Shown here in pieces: positions 1-19,900 of a stretch of 64,000 bases of DNA. Under the pieces are notes generated by a model, which saw nothing but the letters and a program-made list of their open reading frames with translations, did not search any database and was not told the origin of the DNA. The position numbers and the translations under genes were made by a program. This DNA is from the human T2T-CHM13v2.0 reference genome, Homo sapiens, in the NCBI RefSeq assembly GCF_009914755.1, contig NC_060928.1, one strand, 5' to 3'. The first letter of the stretch is position 1; every line of letters begins with the position of its first letter.

Positions 1-1273
1 TGCTTTAAAAAAATTTCAGTGCAACTTTAGTCCTTAATTAAATTTCTATACACATTTGCCCTTTAAGGCAGAAACAGCAATCAATGTGGTCAGTGTTTGT
101 GGCATTTTTAGTGTACCATGGACTAAAATACAAGGGAAATTCTTGTGATATTTTCATACCAATATCACCACTTCAGATAAGCCTTAGAAAGCCATTTGAA
201 CCAAACTAAATTGAATTAAGTATACCAAATCATTTAGCGTAGTTTTTTTTTTAAGTTTAGTCTTAAAATTAAATAAAATACTAAAATGTGGGACAAAAGA
301 GTCCCTTTTCTTGGGAGCATTTCTGAGACTAACCTCACATTTTCTGGTCATTAACCCATCCAGTTATTAAGCAATAATTTAATACTTGCTAGATTGGAGC
401 AACAGATGGCATTGTTTTTAGAGACCAGCCTTCATCAAGTAGCAACTGGAAATCAGTAGGCTCTAATGATATATCCAGTATCACATATGGCTTCAAAAAC
501 TTATGACCTAGAATGCTATTTGTTGATATGAAATAAATCTAAGTGATTCACTAGGAAAGAAATATGACAGCAATGATAAATTAAGGACTATTTATTCTTA
601 AATTACCAAAAGCATTAAGGTGAGTTAATCTGCCACTCAATCTTGAGCAAAAGTGGCTTTATTCCATTTTTCCAAGTCTCTTTACGCTATGCCAGGTTGG
701 AACTTTCTAGTTCCAGGAATCTCAGATCTGTTTTACAGGTCTAACTGAAGGTCTGGTGCTGCGGGCTGCCATACAGGTGGCATGGTTAGAAAATTGAAGG
801 TTCATATTCTAAGGGAATTCAGATGAGGGCAAACAAAGCTCAGATGTAAAGAGTGAGAAGGTCGATGGATCACAGATTTGGGGGAATAGACCACAACATT
901 TGGAATAATCCCTTTTCACCTCTCCTCAGTCACCTTCTGATGCTTACTTTGCTGACATTCAAGAGACAGAATTGCTTTCGCCAAGAAATCTACATATACA
1001 AGGAAGATCCTACTTAAAACAATTATCTAGAAGGGTTGACTACCTTGCCATCTAGTCAGCTGAGAGTGGTATGATATGGTATTTAACTTTGGTCCAGTGA
1101 ACCTGCTCTTAAGTGTTTGACTTTTTAGGCAAAATTGCTATGTGATTATCAGTTTTTGCCTGAGTAAAACTGACTATCGCAGAGATATTTCCATTATTGA
1201 CTATTAATAAAGTTATAGACAATTAAATTTACCTTGTGCATATCTAATAACTTGGGTATTTTGTGGCTTCTCA

Positions 1274-1576
<303 letters not shown>

Positions 1577-1629
1577 TTAGGTGTTAGGGTCAAAAAGTGA
1601 AACCTGAAAAGGGCCTCCAGTTAAAAACA

Positions 1630-3395
1630 CAAATCATGAGTGAACTCCCATTCACAATTGCTACAAAGAGAATAAAATATCTAGGAATACAACTTACAAG
1701 GGATGTGAAGGACCTCTTCAAGGAGAATTACAAACCACTGCTCAAGGAAATAAGAGAGGACACAAACAAATGGAAAAATTCCATGCTCATGCATAGGAAG
1801 AATCAATATCGTGAAAATGGCCATACTGCCCAAAGTAATTTATAGATTCAATGTTATCCCTATCAAGCTACCATTTACTTTCTACACAGAATTAGAAAAA
1901 AACTACTTTAAATTTCATCTAGAACCAAAAAAGAGCCCATATAGCCAAGACAATCCTAAGCCAAAAAAACAAAGCTGGAGGCATCATGCTACCAGCCTTC
2001 AAACTATACTACAAGGCTACAGTAACAAAAACAGCATGGTACTGGTACCAAAACAGATATATAGACCAATGGAACAGAACAGAGGCCTCAGAAATAACAC
2101 CACACATCTACAATCATTTGCTCTTCAACAAATCTGACAAAAACAAACAATGGGGAAAGGATTCCCTATTTAATAAATGATGCTAGGAAAACTGGCTAGC
2201 CATATGCAGAAAACTCAGACTGGACCCCTTCCTTACATCTTACACAAAAATTAACTGAAGATGGATTAAACACTTAAATGTAAAACCCCAAACCATAAAA
2301 ACCCTAGAAGAAAACCTAGGCAATACCATTCAGAACTTAGACATAGGCAAAGACTTCATGACAAAAACACCAAAAGCAATTGCAACAAAAGCCAAACTTG
2401 ACAAATGGGATCTAATTAAACTAAAGAGCTTCTGCACAGCAAAAGAAACTATCGTCAGAGTGAACAGGCAACCTACAGAATGGGAGGAGATTTTTGTGAT
2501 GTACTCATCTGACAAAGGTCTAATATGCAGAATTTACAAGGAACTTAAACAAATATACAAGAAAAAAAATGAAGAACCCCATCCAAAAGTGGTCACAGGA
2601 TATGAACAGACACTTCTCAAAAGAAGACATTTATGTGGCCAATAAACATATGAAAAAAGCTCAACATCACTGATCATTAGAGAAATGCAAATCAAAACCA
2701 CCGTGTGATACCATCTCATGCCAGTCAGAATGGCGATTATTAAAAAGTCAGGAAACAATCGATGCTCGTGATGCTATGGAGAAATAAGAACGCTTTTTAC
2801 ACTGTTGGTGAGAATATAAATTAGTTCAACCATTGTGGAAGACAGTATGGCAATTCCTCAAGGATCTAGAACCAGAAATATCATTTGACCCAGCCATCCC
2901 ATTACTGGGTATACACCCAAAGGAATATAAATCATTCCACTGCAAAGACACATGCACACGTATGTTTATTGCAGCACTATTTACAATAGCAAAGACTTGG
3001 AACTAACCCAAATGGCCATCAATGATATACTGGATAAAGAAAATGTAGTACATATACACCATGGAATATTATGCAGCCATAAAAAGAAATGAGATCATGT
3101 CCTTTGCAGGGACGTGGAAGAAGCTGGAAGCCATCATTCTCAGCAAACTAACACAAGAACAGAAAACCAAACACCACATGTTCTCACTCATAAGTGGGAG
3201 TTGAACAATGAGAACACATGGACACAGAGAGGGGAACAACACACATCAGGGCCTGTTAGGAGGTGGGGGGTGAGGGGAGGGAACCTGGAGGACGAGTCAA
3301 CAGATGCAGCAAACCACCATGGCGCACGTATACCTGTGTAACAAACCTGCACGCTCTGCACATATATCCCATTTTTTAATAGAAGAAATAAAAAA
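1630..3395 (+). mobile_element. 5'-truncated L1PA element (roughly L1PA7/8-like), ORF2 3' part and 3'UTR, antisense in ADH7 intron 5
   Basis: Fragmented ORF2 peptides ([25 protein letters not shown]..., [13 protein letters not shown]...), L1 3'UTR and short A tail. Confidence 0.9.
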
Positions 3396-3549
3396 TCATA
3401 ACTCTGAGTCATTTGTAAATAAATTTAGATACAAATATAAATTTTAGAAATTTGAATCAGAAGGAGATGTGGAAGAAACAAAAATTAAATCTAGAAACTT
3501 CATTTTCAATTGCATTTCTTGATAAAGGTTTTTCTTTTAATAATGTATT

Positions 3550-7845
<4,296 letters not shown>

Positions 7846-8512
7846 AATTCCTTGAACTCCAATTTACTTGTGAAATTTCATGTGATTAACTTAAAATTCC
7901 AGGGATCCTATCTAACATCACAGTTGATGGAAAAATGTATACTGAGAAATCAGTTTTGGTGAACAGTAACAGCATTACTGATAATAGGCAACAAACACTA
8001 CTGTATTTTATTTCTGATACGCATTATAGGTGGTAATCAAAATGATTAATGATTTTATTGCTCTTTATATTATCTATAACAGGTGATCTGACAAAATTGT
8101 ACTTTTTTCTGAGAAGTTGGTAATGTACTTACTACTGTATTTTGTAGTTATACAATAAATCTTACTTAGCTGACAAGAAACTAGGAGTAAAAGCTCTGAC
8201 AAAAAGCCTCTGCTGTAACTAAAATACTGAGATTGTCCTATCTTAACAAACTTAACATATGGGGAAGGGGTATATTTTAAAGATGGAGAAATGATGCAGT
8301 TTGCAAATATAGTCAATAAATATTCTCAAGTGTAAAAAGAAGAAATAAAATTTCTAATCTGAATTTTTTATTTTTCTTTTAGTTGATTTGGCATTGTGTT
8401 GCTTGGCAGCCTGAATATGCAATACATTCTTTTAAATGTTTTTTTTTTTTCCAAAACTCTTCAAGATTCCAAGCAAATCATTTAAGAAAAGGAAAGAAGA
8501 ACAAATAAACTA

Positions 8513-8776
<264 letters not shown>

Positions 8777-8843
8777 TTAATTCAATTCAAAAATTAGCAT
8801 AGGAAAAATGTAAATACATTAAAGTAAAAATGACTGAAACCTA

Positions 8844-8987
<144 letters not shown>

Positions 8988-9217
8988 TTAACAAATGTGA
9001 ATTGAGCCCATACTATAGGTAAAACTTTTAAAAATATATTCTAAGGTTTATAAACACCGTAAGGTTTGCCTTCTAAAGGTTGAGGTTTTGCCAAATTAAA
9101 CATTACTCAGTAAAATCCATTCTTGTATCCTTTTAATTCCCTGAATTGTGTTAAGGATCCCTCTAATAATTCCTAGTGTGTGCTATTTCCTTTGATAGGC
9201 TAATCAAAGCCTAATTA

Positions 9218-9394
<177 letters not shown>

Positions 9395-10238
9395 TCAAAG
9401 ACAAAAACATTGCACCAATCAACAAACTGATCATTTCACTGTTGGGAGAATATTTAACTTCTTGAAGAAATTATAATTGTTTAATCAATATCTTTGCCTA
9501 ATATAACAACATTTACTCTTAGACTATTCTGAGCCAAAAATCAACCATCAGACAAGATCCCTCTCTGACGGAACTTATAATATTGCTCCCTTATACCCTA
9601 GGTTGAATCTTGGTGCCTGTCTGTAGTAAATTGGTGCTCTTGTGAGGGAACCAGAATACAGATGTTACTATGTGATGGCCCCAAAGTAGATTTTTATAGC
9701 TAGGCCCTTATTGGGCTCTCTTAACAAAGAACAGAGGAAATGGCATGCAAGAAGGTAAGCAAAGAGCAAAATCTTCCTGCTACTGTTGTGCTCAGGTAAC
9801 AGTAAGAGGGTCAAAGAAAGATTGGTAGCAATGCCTACTCAACAACTGGTGTCCAAAGCCAAGGTTAAGCTCTGTCCAAAGAAAGGGAGGAAAACGTTCC
9901 ACGAAGTTGTCATTTCTCCAGGCACAAGTGAGTTCCTCATTCTTTGCAAAAAGTAACCTCAAAACAATCTGACTCCCAGAAGATTTTAAAAGAAGTCTTT
10001 AGCTATGATTATTAACCATTTTAAATTAGACACTATATGAATAAAAATTCAACAAATCAAAGGTATAATAAAGCATGTTAGCACTGTTGTTTTTTAAAAG
10101 GATAATGAACTCATTAATTTCACATCGAGTACAACCAGATCCTTAACAATATATAAGAGCCAGTAAAGGAATTAATACTCCAAACATGGGAAGCATCTCC
10201 TTATTTAAGAATCCAGCCTCACAACAGTGCTATATTCA

Positions 10239-10391
<153 letters not shown>

Positions 10392-11559
10392 CTAAGAAAT
10401 AGGCAAGTATTATAATGGGTCTGAATTATGCCTTTAACTTACAGACTCCCTGACTAGTATAAATATGAACAGAAGAGCATATATAATATTTTAAGTTTTC
10501 CAGAATGATTTTCATCAAACACTAGTATTATAAGCCTTATAAATCATCTTGTGTGTGCCTTTGCTTAAGGCATGAGAAATGCAGCCCAGAGTGACTAAAT
10601 GATGGATCCATGGTCACCTAGCACATGACATGCAGAGCTGGACTAGACCTGAGGTACTTTTCCCAACTTATTGATTTTTGTTTGCTGTTCACATAACACC
10701 CCCACCCAAAAATAGGTTATTTTGTTACAATTTCAAATCTAATAGATTAACAAAATTGTCCTTTGTGTATCGCTTATTCACAAGAGACAAATTTATAAAA
10801 CAGAAAATGCTGCTGACTTGTCTGTAAGAATTTAAACCAGTATTTAATAGCTGCATATAATCACATAGCAATGGTGAAGAAATTAGACTATTAGCATGGT
10901 AAGGATGAAGAGAACCATGAACATCATGAAGCATACAGATTATGACTGTGAGTTCCTGGATGATTGAATTTGTGTCTGCATCTCTGCATCCCATTTGCAC
11001 CTAGCCCAGTTCTTGCACCTGGTAGGGCTTGATAGGCAGGTTAAAGCTTGTCATCTTATAGTAGTGGACACTAGGTGTGGAGATACCAGTGACTGGCATC
11101 CAGTTGTTCAACTGGTTTTGCTGTAGTTATTCAATTAAATGGTTTTGCTAAGATTATTGAATTATGACAGAGAGAGAGAGACAGAGACAGACACACATAG
11201 AGAAATTGTTTCCACCTTCCTACCTCCCAATCTGTCTAGGACTCCTATAAAATATTTTAATTAATTTGTTCAGATGCAAAATAAGTTACCTTCAACTTGT
11301 CAACAAACACAACAGTCCTAGAGAGCTCTTATGGATTCTTAAGTGGCTCTTTTGTAAAAAGGTTAAATGTGAAAAATGATACACTGGTAACAGATGGGCG
11401 GCTGAAAGCCATCAGTAGCTCAATTTAATATTTACCCTCTGCCTTACTAATGAAAATGTTATGGGTTACAGTGTAATATGGCCCAATGTTGACGTTAGAA
11501 ATCTCACACCACATTCCCAAACAAATTCAAGCTGGATTCATTGTTAAGATTTTTATTTT

Positions 11560-11855
<296 letters not shown>

Positions 11856-11959
11856 CAAGATTTATTTTTAAAGTCAAACTATTTTATCAATCAGTGAAGA
11901 TGTAAATATTGATCATACTGAGCATGGAGTAACTTTTATGCTTAAGAGTGATAGAAAAA

Positions 11960-13240
11960 ATAACAAAGGACAAGCCATGGGGAAAGAATGCTCTACTTAA
12001 TAAATGGTGCTGAGGTAACTGGCTAGCCATATGCAGAAGATTGAAGCTAGACCCCTTCCTTATATCATACATAAAAGTTAACTTAAGATGTGACTTAAAT
12101 CTAAAACCCAAAACTCTAAAAACCCTGGAAGATAACTTAGGGAATACCATTCTGAACATAGGACCTGGTAAAGACTTAATGACAAAGATGCCAAAAGCAA
12201 TGGCAACAAAAACAAAAATTGACAAAAGGGGCCTAATTTAACTAAAGGGCTTCTGCACAGCAAGAGAAACTATCAACAGAGTACACAGACAACCTATAGA
12301 AGTGGAGAAAATATTTGCAAACTATGCATCTAACAAAGGTCTAATATCCGGCATCTATAAGGAACTTAAACAAAATAATAAGCAAAACACAAACAACGCC
12401 ATAAAAAACTGGGCAAAGGATATGAACAGACATTTTTCAAAACAAAACATACTTATGGCCAACAAGCATATGAAAAAATACTCAACATCACTAATCATTA
12501 GAGAAATGCAAATCAAAACCACAATGAGGTACTATCTCATATCAGTCAGAATGACTATTGCTAAAAAGTCAAAAAACAAACTGGTGAGGTTGGAGCGAAA
12601 AGGGAATACTTATGCACTGATGGTGGGAAGGTTAATTAGTTCAGCCACTGTGGAAAGCAGTCTGGCCATTTCTCAAAGAACATAAAACAGGATTAACATT
12701 TGACCCAGCAATCCCATTATTGGGTATATACCCAAAGAAATATAAATCATCCTACCATAAAGACATATGCATGCGTATGTTCACGGAAGCACTATTCACA
12801 ATAGCAAAGACATGGAATCAACCTAAGCGCCCATTAATGCTAGACTAGATAAAGAAAATGTGGTACATATTTGCCACAGAATACTATGCAGCCATAAAAA
12901 AATAAGATCATATTCTTTGCAGGGACATGGAAGGAGCTGGAGGCCATTATCCTGAGCAAACGAATGCAGAAACAGAAAACTAAATACTACATGTTCTCAC
13001 TTATAAGTGGAAGCTAAATATTGAGTACCTATGGACACAAAGAAAAGAACAATGGACACCAGGGCCCATTTGAGGGTGGAAGGTGGAGGGAGGGTAAGGA
13101 TGAAAAAACCACCAATTAGGTACCATGCTTATTATCTGGGTGACAAAATAATTTGTACACCAAACCCCATGATACACAATTTGCCTATGTAGCAAACCTG
13201 CACATGTACCCCTGAACCTAAAATAAAAGTTAAAAAAAGT
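11960..13240 (+). mobile_element. Old 5'-truncated L1 (late L1PA/L1PB-like) 3' end
   Basis: Degenerate ORF2 C-terminal peptides and 3'UTR ending catgtacccctgaacctaaaataaaag. Confidence 0.85.
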
Positions 13241-13609
13241 CATAAAGGAAACAGCTTCTAAGAATTAAAATTTTGTGTGTTGAGAAATAGTAAATTTTCC
13301 ACATTGACATCAAATAGTACTGAGGGAAAATATTAAATAGATAAAAGTTACCACATTTGATAAATACAATGCTTACTCAAATTTACAGAGGAAGTGTTAA
13401 CAACTTCACTCCTAACACTCCTTCCCACTTCCACATACCACACTTACATCCTGGGAGATACATAGCAGGCAAAGGACCTATGGAAAAAACTGCAACAGAT
13501 TAATGAATAGATTGTGACATGTTTGTTCTCACTCATAAAAACGCCTTTTAAAAAAATAAAAATGAGATACAATTCTGTGCCTATCAAGTCTGTAATGAAT
13601 TAAAAAAAA

Positions 13610-13730
13610 AAATTTTTTTAAGACAATATCACACTCTGTTGCCCAGATTGTACTCTAGTTCCTGGGCTCAAGTGGTCTTCCCATCTCAGCCTCCCCAGTT
13701 AGCTGGGACTACAGGCACAAGCCACCATGC
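13610..13730 (-). mobile_element. Alu monomer fragment (FLAM/AluJ-like)
   Basis: cactctgttgcccag...ctcagcctcccc...gctgggactacaggc. Confidence 0.7.
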
Positions 13731-14256
13731 TCTGAAAATGACTTTTTACTTAATGAGAACTTAATGAGAATACACAGTATTGTCAGATAAATGGTAAAAT
13801 GGGCCATCTTACCTATGTCAACCCTTTAGAAAGTAATTTGCATGGTACATCAAGATAATTAAGGATGTTGTGGCATGTTTACCCATGTAATTCCATTTTT
13901 AAAGGCTACCTCGAAGAAATATTAATTTTAGAAAAACCTCTCTATATAGCAGATGTCATCACAGCACTATTTACAAAGGAAAATACATAAACAATAATAG
14001 AGGAATGATGAAATAAATTGTGCTAAATGCAGAAATTAGACATTTAAAAATGTTTATAAATTGTTATAAATTGAAAAATGTTTAAGATGGAAAAATAGGA
14101 TAAAATATTTGTATATTGTATGAGTACAGCTACATAAACTATGGATGGAAAAATAGAAGGAAACACACACACAAAAATGGTAGTTTGGGGATGTGATATT
14201 ATGATTGATTTTTTTCCTTCATATTTTCTGACCTTCCAAATTTTCTAGAATAATCA

Positions 14257-14632
14257 TTGGTATGGGATGAATTGTGTCTCCCTCCAAATTCGTATGTTGA
14301 AGTCCTAACCCCCCGTACCTCAGAAGGTGACTGTATTTGGAGATGGGGTCTTTCAAGAAGTAATTAATTTAAAATGTGGTAATCAGGGTGGAACCTGATC
14401 CAATATGGCTGGTGTCTTTATTAGAAGGGGAGATTAGGAAAAGGGAAGATCATGTGAAGACAGCGAGAAGAGGGTCATCCACAAGCCAAGGACACAGGCC
14501 TCAGAAGAAACCAACCCTGATGACACCTTAATCTCAGAATTGCAGCCTTCAGATGTACAAGAAAACAAATTTCTGCTGTTTAAGCCACCCAGTCTGTGAT
14601 ATTTTGTTATGGAAGCCCTAGGAAACTAATAC
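14257..14632 (+). mobile_element. MaLR solo LTR (MLT1A/B-like)
   Basis: tg...gaattgtgtc...atgttgaagtcctaacc ... gttatggaagccctaggaaactaataca. Confidence 0.8.
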
Positions 14633-15973
14633 AGTTATCTTTTACTTTTTTAATGAAAAAGAAAACATTTATTATAAAGAGAAAAAATCAATCCCAATGT
14701 AAAGGGAAACTCCTTTCAAGAGCTACACTGGAACACTACAGAAAGTTGGGAAATATATAATCCTTAGGCAAACCACACTATTGCATGACCATATATCAAA
14801 ATCATATAACTTTTATACTCTTTATATATTATATACTGTATTATTAATTGGAAAGTGCTGCCTTGAGGCTACTTTCTCCATCATCAGAAATGTTCTTACA
14901 GTGGATGAATATCGACTTCCTAGAAATAGTGTAACCAGACCTGAAGCATCTGTTGGGTGGTAAAAGTTGCAAATTTTTAAGATTCCTTTCAGTTCTAAGA
15001 TTCATTAATATCCATGGGTAGAGTTGCTAGTTTCTGTAGTGCAAAATTAACTTCCCAAGTAATCTAGTTTTGCTGGATTTCTGACCCAAATTAGGATGGT
15101 TTTATTCCAGTTCTATCCAATTCTAGTAAAACTTATTTCAAATTCTAACATCATAGAGTCTCCTGACTTGTCACATTACCCAGACTTCTCATGTCATCTT
15201 TATTTTTCCAAAACCTTAAGCAAGCTAAATGCAAAATTGTTCAAGTTAAAACAAAACAAACAAAAAAATTTAGTCCTTTAAGCAATTATGTACCCATTTA
15301 AAGTAAGGAAATATACTGACCTATTTTCAAATAAAAAAAAACAAAGCAAAGCTGTTTCTAAAGTTAATACCAACTCTGCTAACTCTGTTGTTTTTAGAAC
15401 GATAAACATACTTTACCAATAATATAGTCTTGATTTTAAAGAATTTTTAAATATATATTTTGATAAAAATTACATTTGTAAGAAACCTAAAATTCATGAC
15501 ACTTTCTTGGCCATTTTGCATCCCAGAATTAGCATTTTCCATTCTTAATGGCAGGAACGTTTCTTCCAACATCTGGGCATGAGACCCTGGTTTCCCATTG
15601 AACTACTGCAGCGAGTGCAGCACATGCTACTGAGACGATTGAAGTGTCCTTGTGGAAACATTTGGCTTCCTGGAGCAATTGCCCAGCTATCCGGAAATCA
15701 AATTATGAATAATGCCAATATAAATCAATTTCTCTATTTTCCACCAATGTCTTGCTGACATTGGATATACTATTTCCAATTTACCCCTGCTTCCACTGAC
15801 ATTCTCTGAAACACCATATCCAGTGTTTCCCTCACTGTATGCCTGCTCACCAAGCATTTCATTCCTCAAGGAATATCTCCAAGTGTTTAATTACTTTAAT
15901 GGATTCAAAGTTCTAAGTATCAGCCTCACATCATTAGATCATGATGAGGAGGGGACAGAAATGTTCCACTTAC

Positions 15974-16027
15974 TTTTCCAGCAGTGCCCATCCTGTCTTT
16001 GTCTTGGATCTGTATTTCTGCAAACAT
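15974..16027 (-). CDS. ADH7: ADH7 exon 1 coding part; two in-frame ATGs (16027 and 15991)
   Basis: MFAEIQIQDKDR-MGTAGK|gtaagt; phase-0 donor joins exon 2 in frame. Confidence 0.95.
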
Positions 16028-16062
16028 AGACTTTTTCTGACTGATGCTCAGTTCACTCTGTT

Positions 16063-16070
16063 GTATATAA
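16063..16070 (-). promoter_or_regulatory. ADH7 TATA-like box
   Basis: TTATATAC on the minus strand about 36 nt upstream of the first ATG. Confidence 0.7.
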
Positions 16071-16127
16071 CAGCAGCTTGTGCCTTCACATAGATAGTCT
16101 GGCTTCAGAGTTCCACCTTCAGCAATA

Positions 16128-16155
16128 TGACTCACAGCCGTCACAACTTTGCAAT
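16128..16155. promoter_or_regulatory. Proximal AP-1 site (TGACTCA, 16128-16134) with an adjacent C/EBP-like TTTGCAAT
   Basis: Exact AP-1 heptamer about 60 nt upstream of the TATA box. Confidence 0.6.
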
Positions 16156-16944
16156 GGTCTGCAAGCCCTACCCTTTGCAGACCAACTTATAAAAAGAAAT
16201 ACAGTAACTACTATGATCAAACCAAGAGGAGGGATCTAACAAAAACAAGATAATCAAAGCTATTGAAAAGGGCTGAAAGCATTCCTATCCACCTTATTTT
16301 GAAGGATATAAAAACGGGTTAGGTTACTTCACTTCAACACAATCATGAAAAATGTATTGGGTGTTTAAGTGCAAGCTGCTTTGCCTAGGCATGGCTGATT
16401 TTAGAGATGCGTGTGTACATCTCTACTTCTTAATGCTCTACTTCATTCTGCAAAGACTTGATGTGGTTTCTGGAATTAAATATAAATGAAAACAGAGCCA
16501 AGGAAATGTAAAATAATTGCAACAGTAGGTCAAGTTTGGGCAAGAGAAGTTGAGATGATATAAAATATCAATATGGATGACTATGGTTTCTAAGTATTTT
16601 AGGTGTAGAAAGTTAAGTAAAACTTTCTGTGTCTGCACATAGAGAAATTATCATCTGACTCCAAATCCCATTAACCACAGAGTTGCCTCATATGGTTGTA
16701 CAGTTTGTTTACGGCACCAATGTAACACAGTGCAGGGGCTCAAGAGAAATTGAAATCCAGCCTGCATACTGGCTATCGAATGCCAGAGGGTTTTCATCTA
16801 CTTGGGCAAGTACCTAGGTCTTCTTGAGTAGCTGTTTAACCATTACAGACCATTATTTCTTAATATAAGTTGCAATGGCTCCAGAAGCTTCTGGATCTAT
16901 TATTTGATAGGAGAATGTCCAGTATAGATGTTATTTTTGACAGT

Positions 16945-16992
16945 AGATGGTCAGCATACTGGTACACCAGATGGTCAGCATACTGGTACACC
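16945..16992. repeat. Perfect 24-bp tandem duplication
   Basis: AGATGGTCAGCATACTGGTACACC x2. Confidence 0.95.
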
Positions 16993-19900
16993 ATCACCTC
17001 CAAGAAAACTTTACACAAAGGATATTTTACTTTTGTTAAGTGATCCAGTGAAGCAGGTTTTCTAAGTCTTCAGACAAAGCTGTTCAAGCTATGAAGTCCA
17101 GAACCTGGACTCTTAACAACCCAGAGATGAAATTTGCTAAGAGTTTATTTTTCAGATACAAACAAAAGTTTCTTTTCAAAAATAAGTATACATTTTTTCC
17201 ACACATCTCTCTTTCAATATAACATAGTAAATGTACATCCAATTTAACATATATTATGTCAAATTCAGAATTTGTAATTAGAATTTGTTACTACAACTCA
17301 TTAACCAAATCAAATCCACCAGGAAAAACCATTGCCAGTTGATTTGGCTTGTGAGTAAGCACCATTGCTTTAGCAGTAGTGCTGAAGAACTCCAGTATGT
17401 TTGCTGGCACTATAAGACAAAGTTAAACAGGTGTGGACAAGGACAGGTATTCTTAGTCTCGACTTTCAAACAAAAACTTGTTTACTTATGAACAAAAGAA
17501 AATGAGTTCAAACATGGGTGGTGACAGCATAAATGCAAAAGCGCTGAATTGATAAACTCCCTCTTAAGGGCTTGGCAAAACTTTGTATCATATTAATCTA
17601 AAAAATTTTTTACAAAAAATAATGTATCATGTGAGGCTTAATATCTGAATAAGTCTTATGGTCCTAATCCAGTCTCCATGAAACTTGATTGGATGATAAA
17701 GTGCCAAAAGCTGAATCTTGGAAGGTAATAAAAAAAATGGGTCAGTTTGGATATATAGCAGCTAAGTCTTAATTTTAGGTTTAGAGAATTTAACAGATGA
17801 CTTCTTTCTTCTAAACACCATATTTCTATGAAATTCTGGGGCCAGAACCCTCAGGGTACTCAATCTCCTAGTTACTGTGAGCCTGGTCCTACTCCCAAAG
17901 TTTACAAAAGCCTTTAATGATTACCTCAAAGCACCCATGCAACTGTAATTTCCTCAGGTCAAGATACAGGGGAACTTAGAGGAACTTTGAAAAGTGTACT
18001 ACAGGAATATGGGCTTTGGAATTAGAGTCACTTGGTTCAGGGCCTGGAGCCTTGCTTGAATATGTATGACTTCAGCTTCCATATTCATAAAATAAGACTA
18101 ATGATAACCACATTGCATGGGTGTCCTGAGGACTGGTAGTGAGGGTCAGAAAGCACTGAAGTATACTGCCTGATTCATAATCAGTAGCAGATGTCATTAT
18201 TATTAACTTGACTCCAGTTGGCTGCTTGGATTATTATTATTATTATGGATTGTTTGCTCAAATATTTAAATATGGAACCACATGAGACCAAATGTCCCGG
18301 AGTCCTGACTCAGTAAAGCTGTCTTGCAGCAATCGACTGTGAGGTCCTGGAAGCCGCCAGAATTTCCTAAGAGTTTGAGGACTAAGTCTTTTGAACCTGG
18401 AAGTGCTACCAGAAATTTAGATGAAACCTAAGAGGCAAAATATGATCCACACAGGTGTTGACCAGCCATTGGTGTGCACAGAATTGAGGGGGTTCCCAGG
18501 ATGCAAGATTTTCAGTTCCCAAACCAGGAGAGTCCCAGGCAAATGGAGACTAGTCGGTTACCCTGTCCATACTCTGCAGCACCTGTGAGTGTGGGAGTCT
18601 GTAAGTGTGGGAGGCTTACAGGGTCATGTTATCAGCACTACTCTCCTACAGCCTTGCTCCTTCGCCCTTCGGTAACAGCTTTCTGTTATGGACCCTGTCC
18701 AGAAGTGTTCTCACTCCAGTCTCATAATGACAGCAGAGAAGTGAAAGAGTCACTACAGTCAAAAGAGCTAGGTATCTGCTCCATAGGGACTGGTAGGCAC
18801 TTATGGCGAGAAAACTAAATGCTCCAACCTTCACAAAGGGAGAAAATAATACCCACTTCAGGACTTGCTGTAAAGCACAAGTGCGGAAGTGCTTATTAAA
18901 CTGTCAAACACTCAGTAACTGAAAATTAAATAAGTATTTCCCTAAGGTTAAGAAGGGAAGAAAGGATCTGTTTATTGCTAAATCATTCTTAATAGCATAA
19001 ATAGTTATGCAATTGTACTTACTGAGTGGGATATAACTAGACACCCTGTATTAGGGTGAATGCTGCTCATTTACACTCCACTTTAGTAAACTACAAACCT
19101 TGAGGGTGGGGTTTCATTCTTGCCATTGTCTCTAAAATTCTCTTTCTCCAACACTGCAAACTCAGGTGGTAAATCCTATGGCTAGATGCAAGCTGAAACT
19201 CATCCTTTCATACCATCAGCTCTGCCAAGCCAACTGGGAATGAGGCTGTGCCACGAGTAGGGCAGAGATCGGGCCTCTGCAGCTCTGCCCAGATTTGTCA
19301 CGCTTTTGCTAATCCTTTTTCAGGCACACTGTGCCAGCTTTCAGAACTGCCATGGGAGATTGTGCCTAGTAGTTTCAGAAAATTTGCTTCTGCATGCACA
19401 CCCTACTCAAGAAAAGAATCCAAAGCAGATTTTTCACAAGATGAGGGCTTCACATCTGCTTCCCATAAACTCTCCATTTCACTTAGCTCATGAAATCGGT
19501 GTGCTGGCTGATGGGAATTTCATTTCAAGGAGGTCAAGGATTGTGAAAAAAATAAACCCAAGTTTTTTTCTTTTTCCTACTCATTATCTCAAAAAAAAAA
19601 AAAAAAAGCACAGGAGAATCAGTTTTGTGATGTATGCAACTAAGGATTTGTTGAAAATGACCCCAAGGCACTAAGGCCTAGCAGTTCTTTACAGAGACTG
19701 AGCCTAAAGGCTGTTTCCGGCAGGGAAGGACCGGCATCAAAACACAGCAATCAGAAAGGGAGCGTGCCTAAAAACTGGAAGATGGGAGGCACAACCTTGC
19801 GAAGAAGACAGACATGGCTCTGGGAGGTGTTCAGTATCTCATTAAGTCAAGTTAAAGTTTCTCTCTTTGCATCTGTTTCCGAAGGTCCCCTCAGGACTCA

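Noticed and set aside
15687-15869. Intron 1 ORF or donor-like TTG|gtgagc as an alternative ADH7 first exon
   Set aside because: Cannot be supported from sequence alone; the in-phase reading gives only MKCL after a stop.
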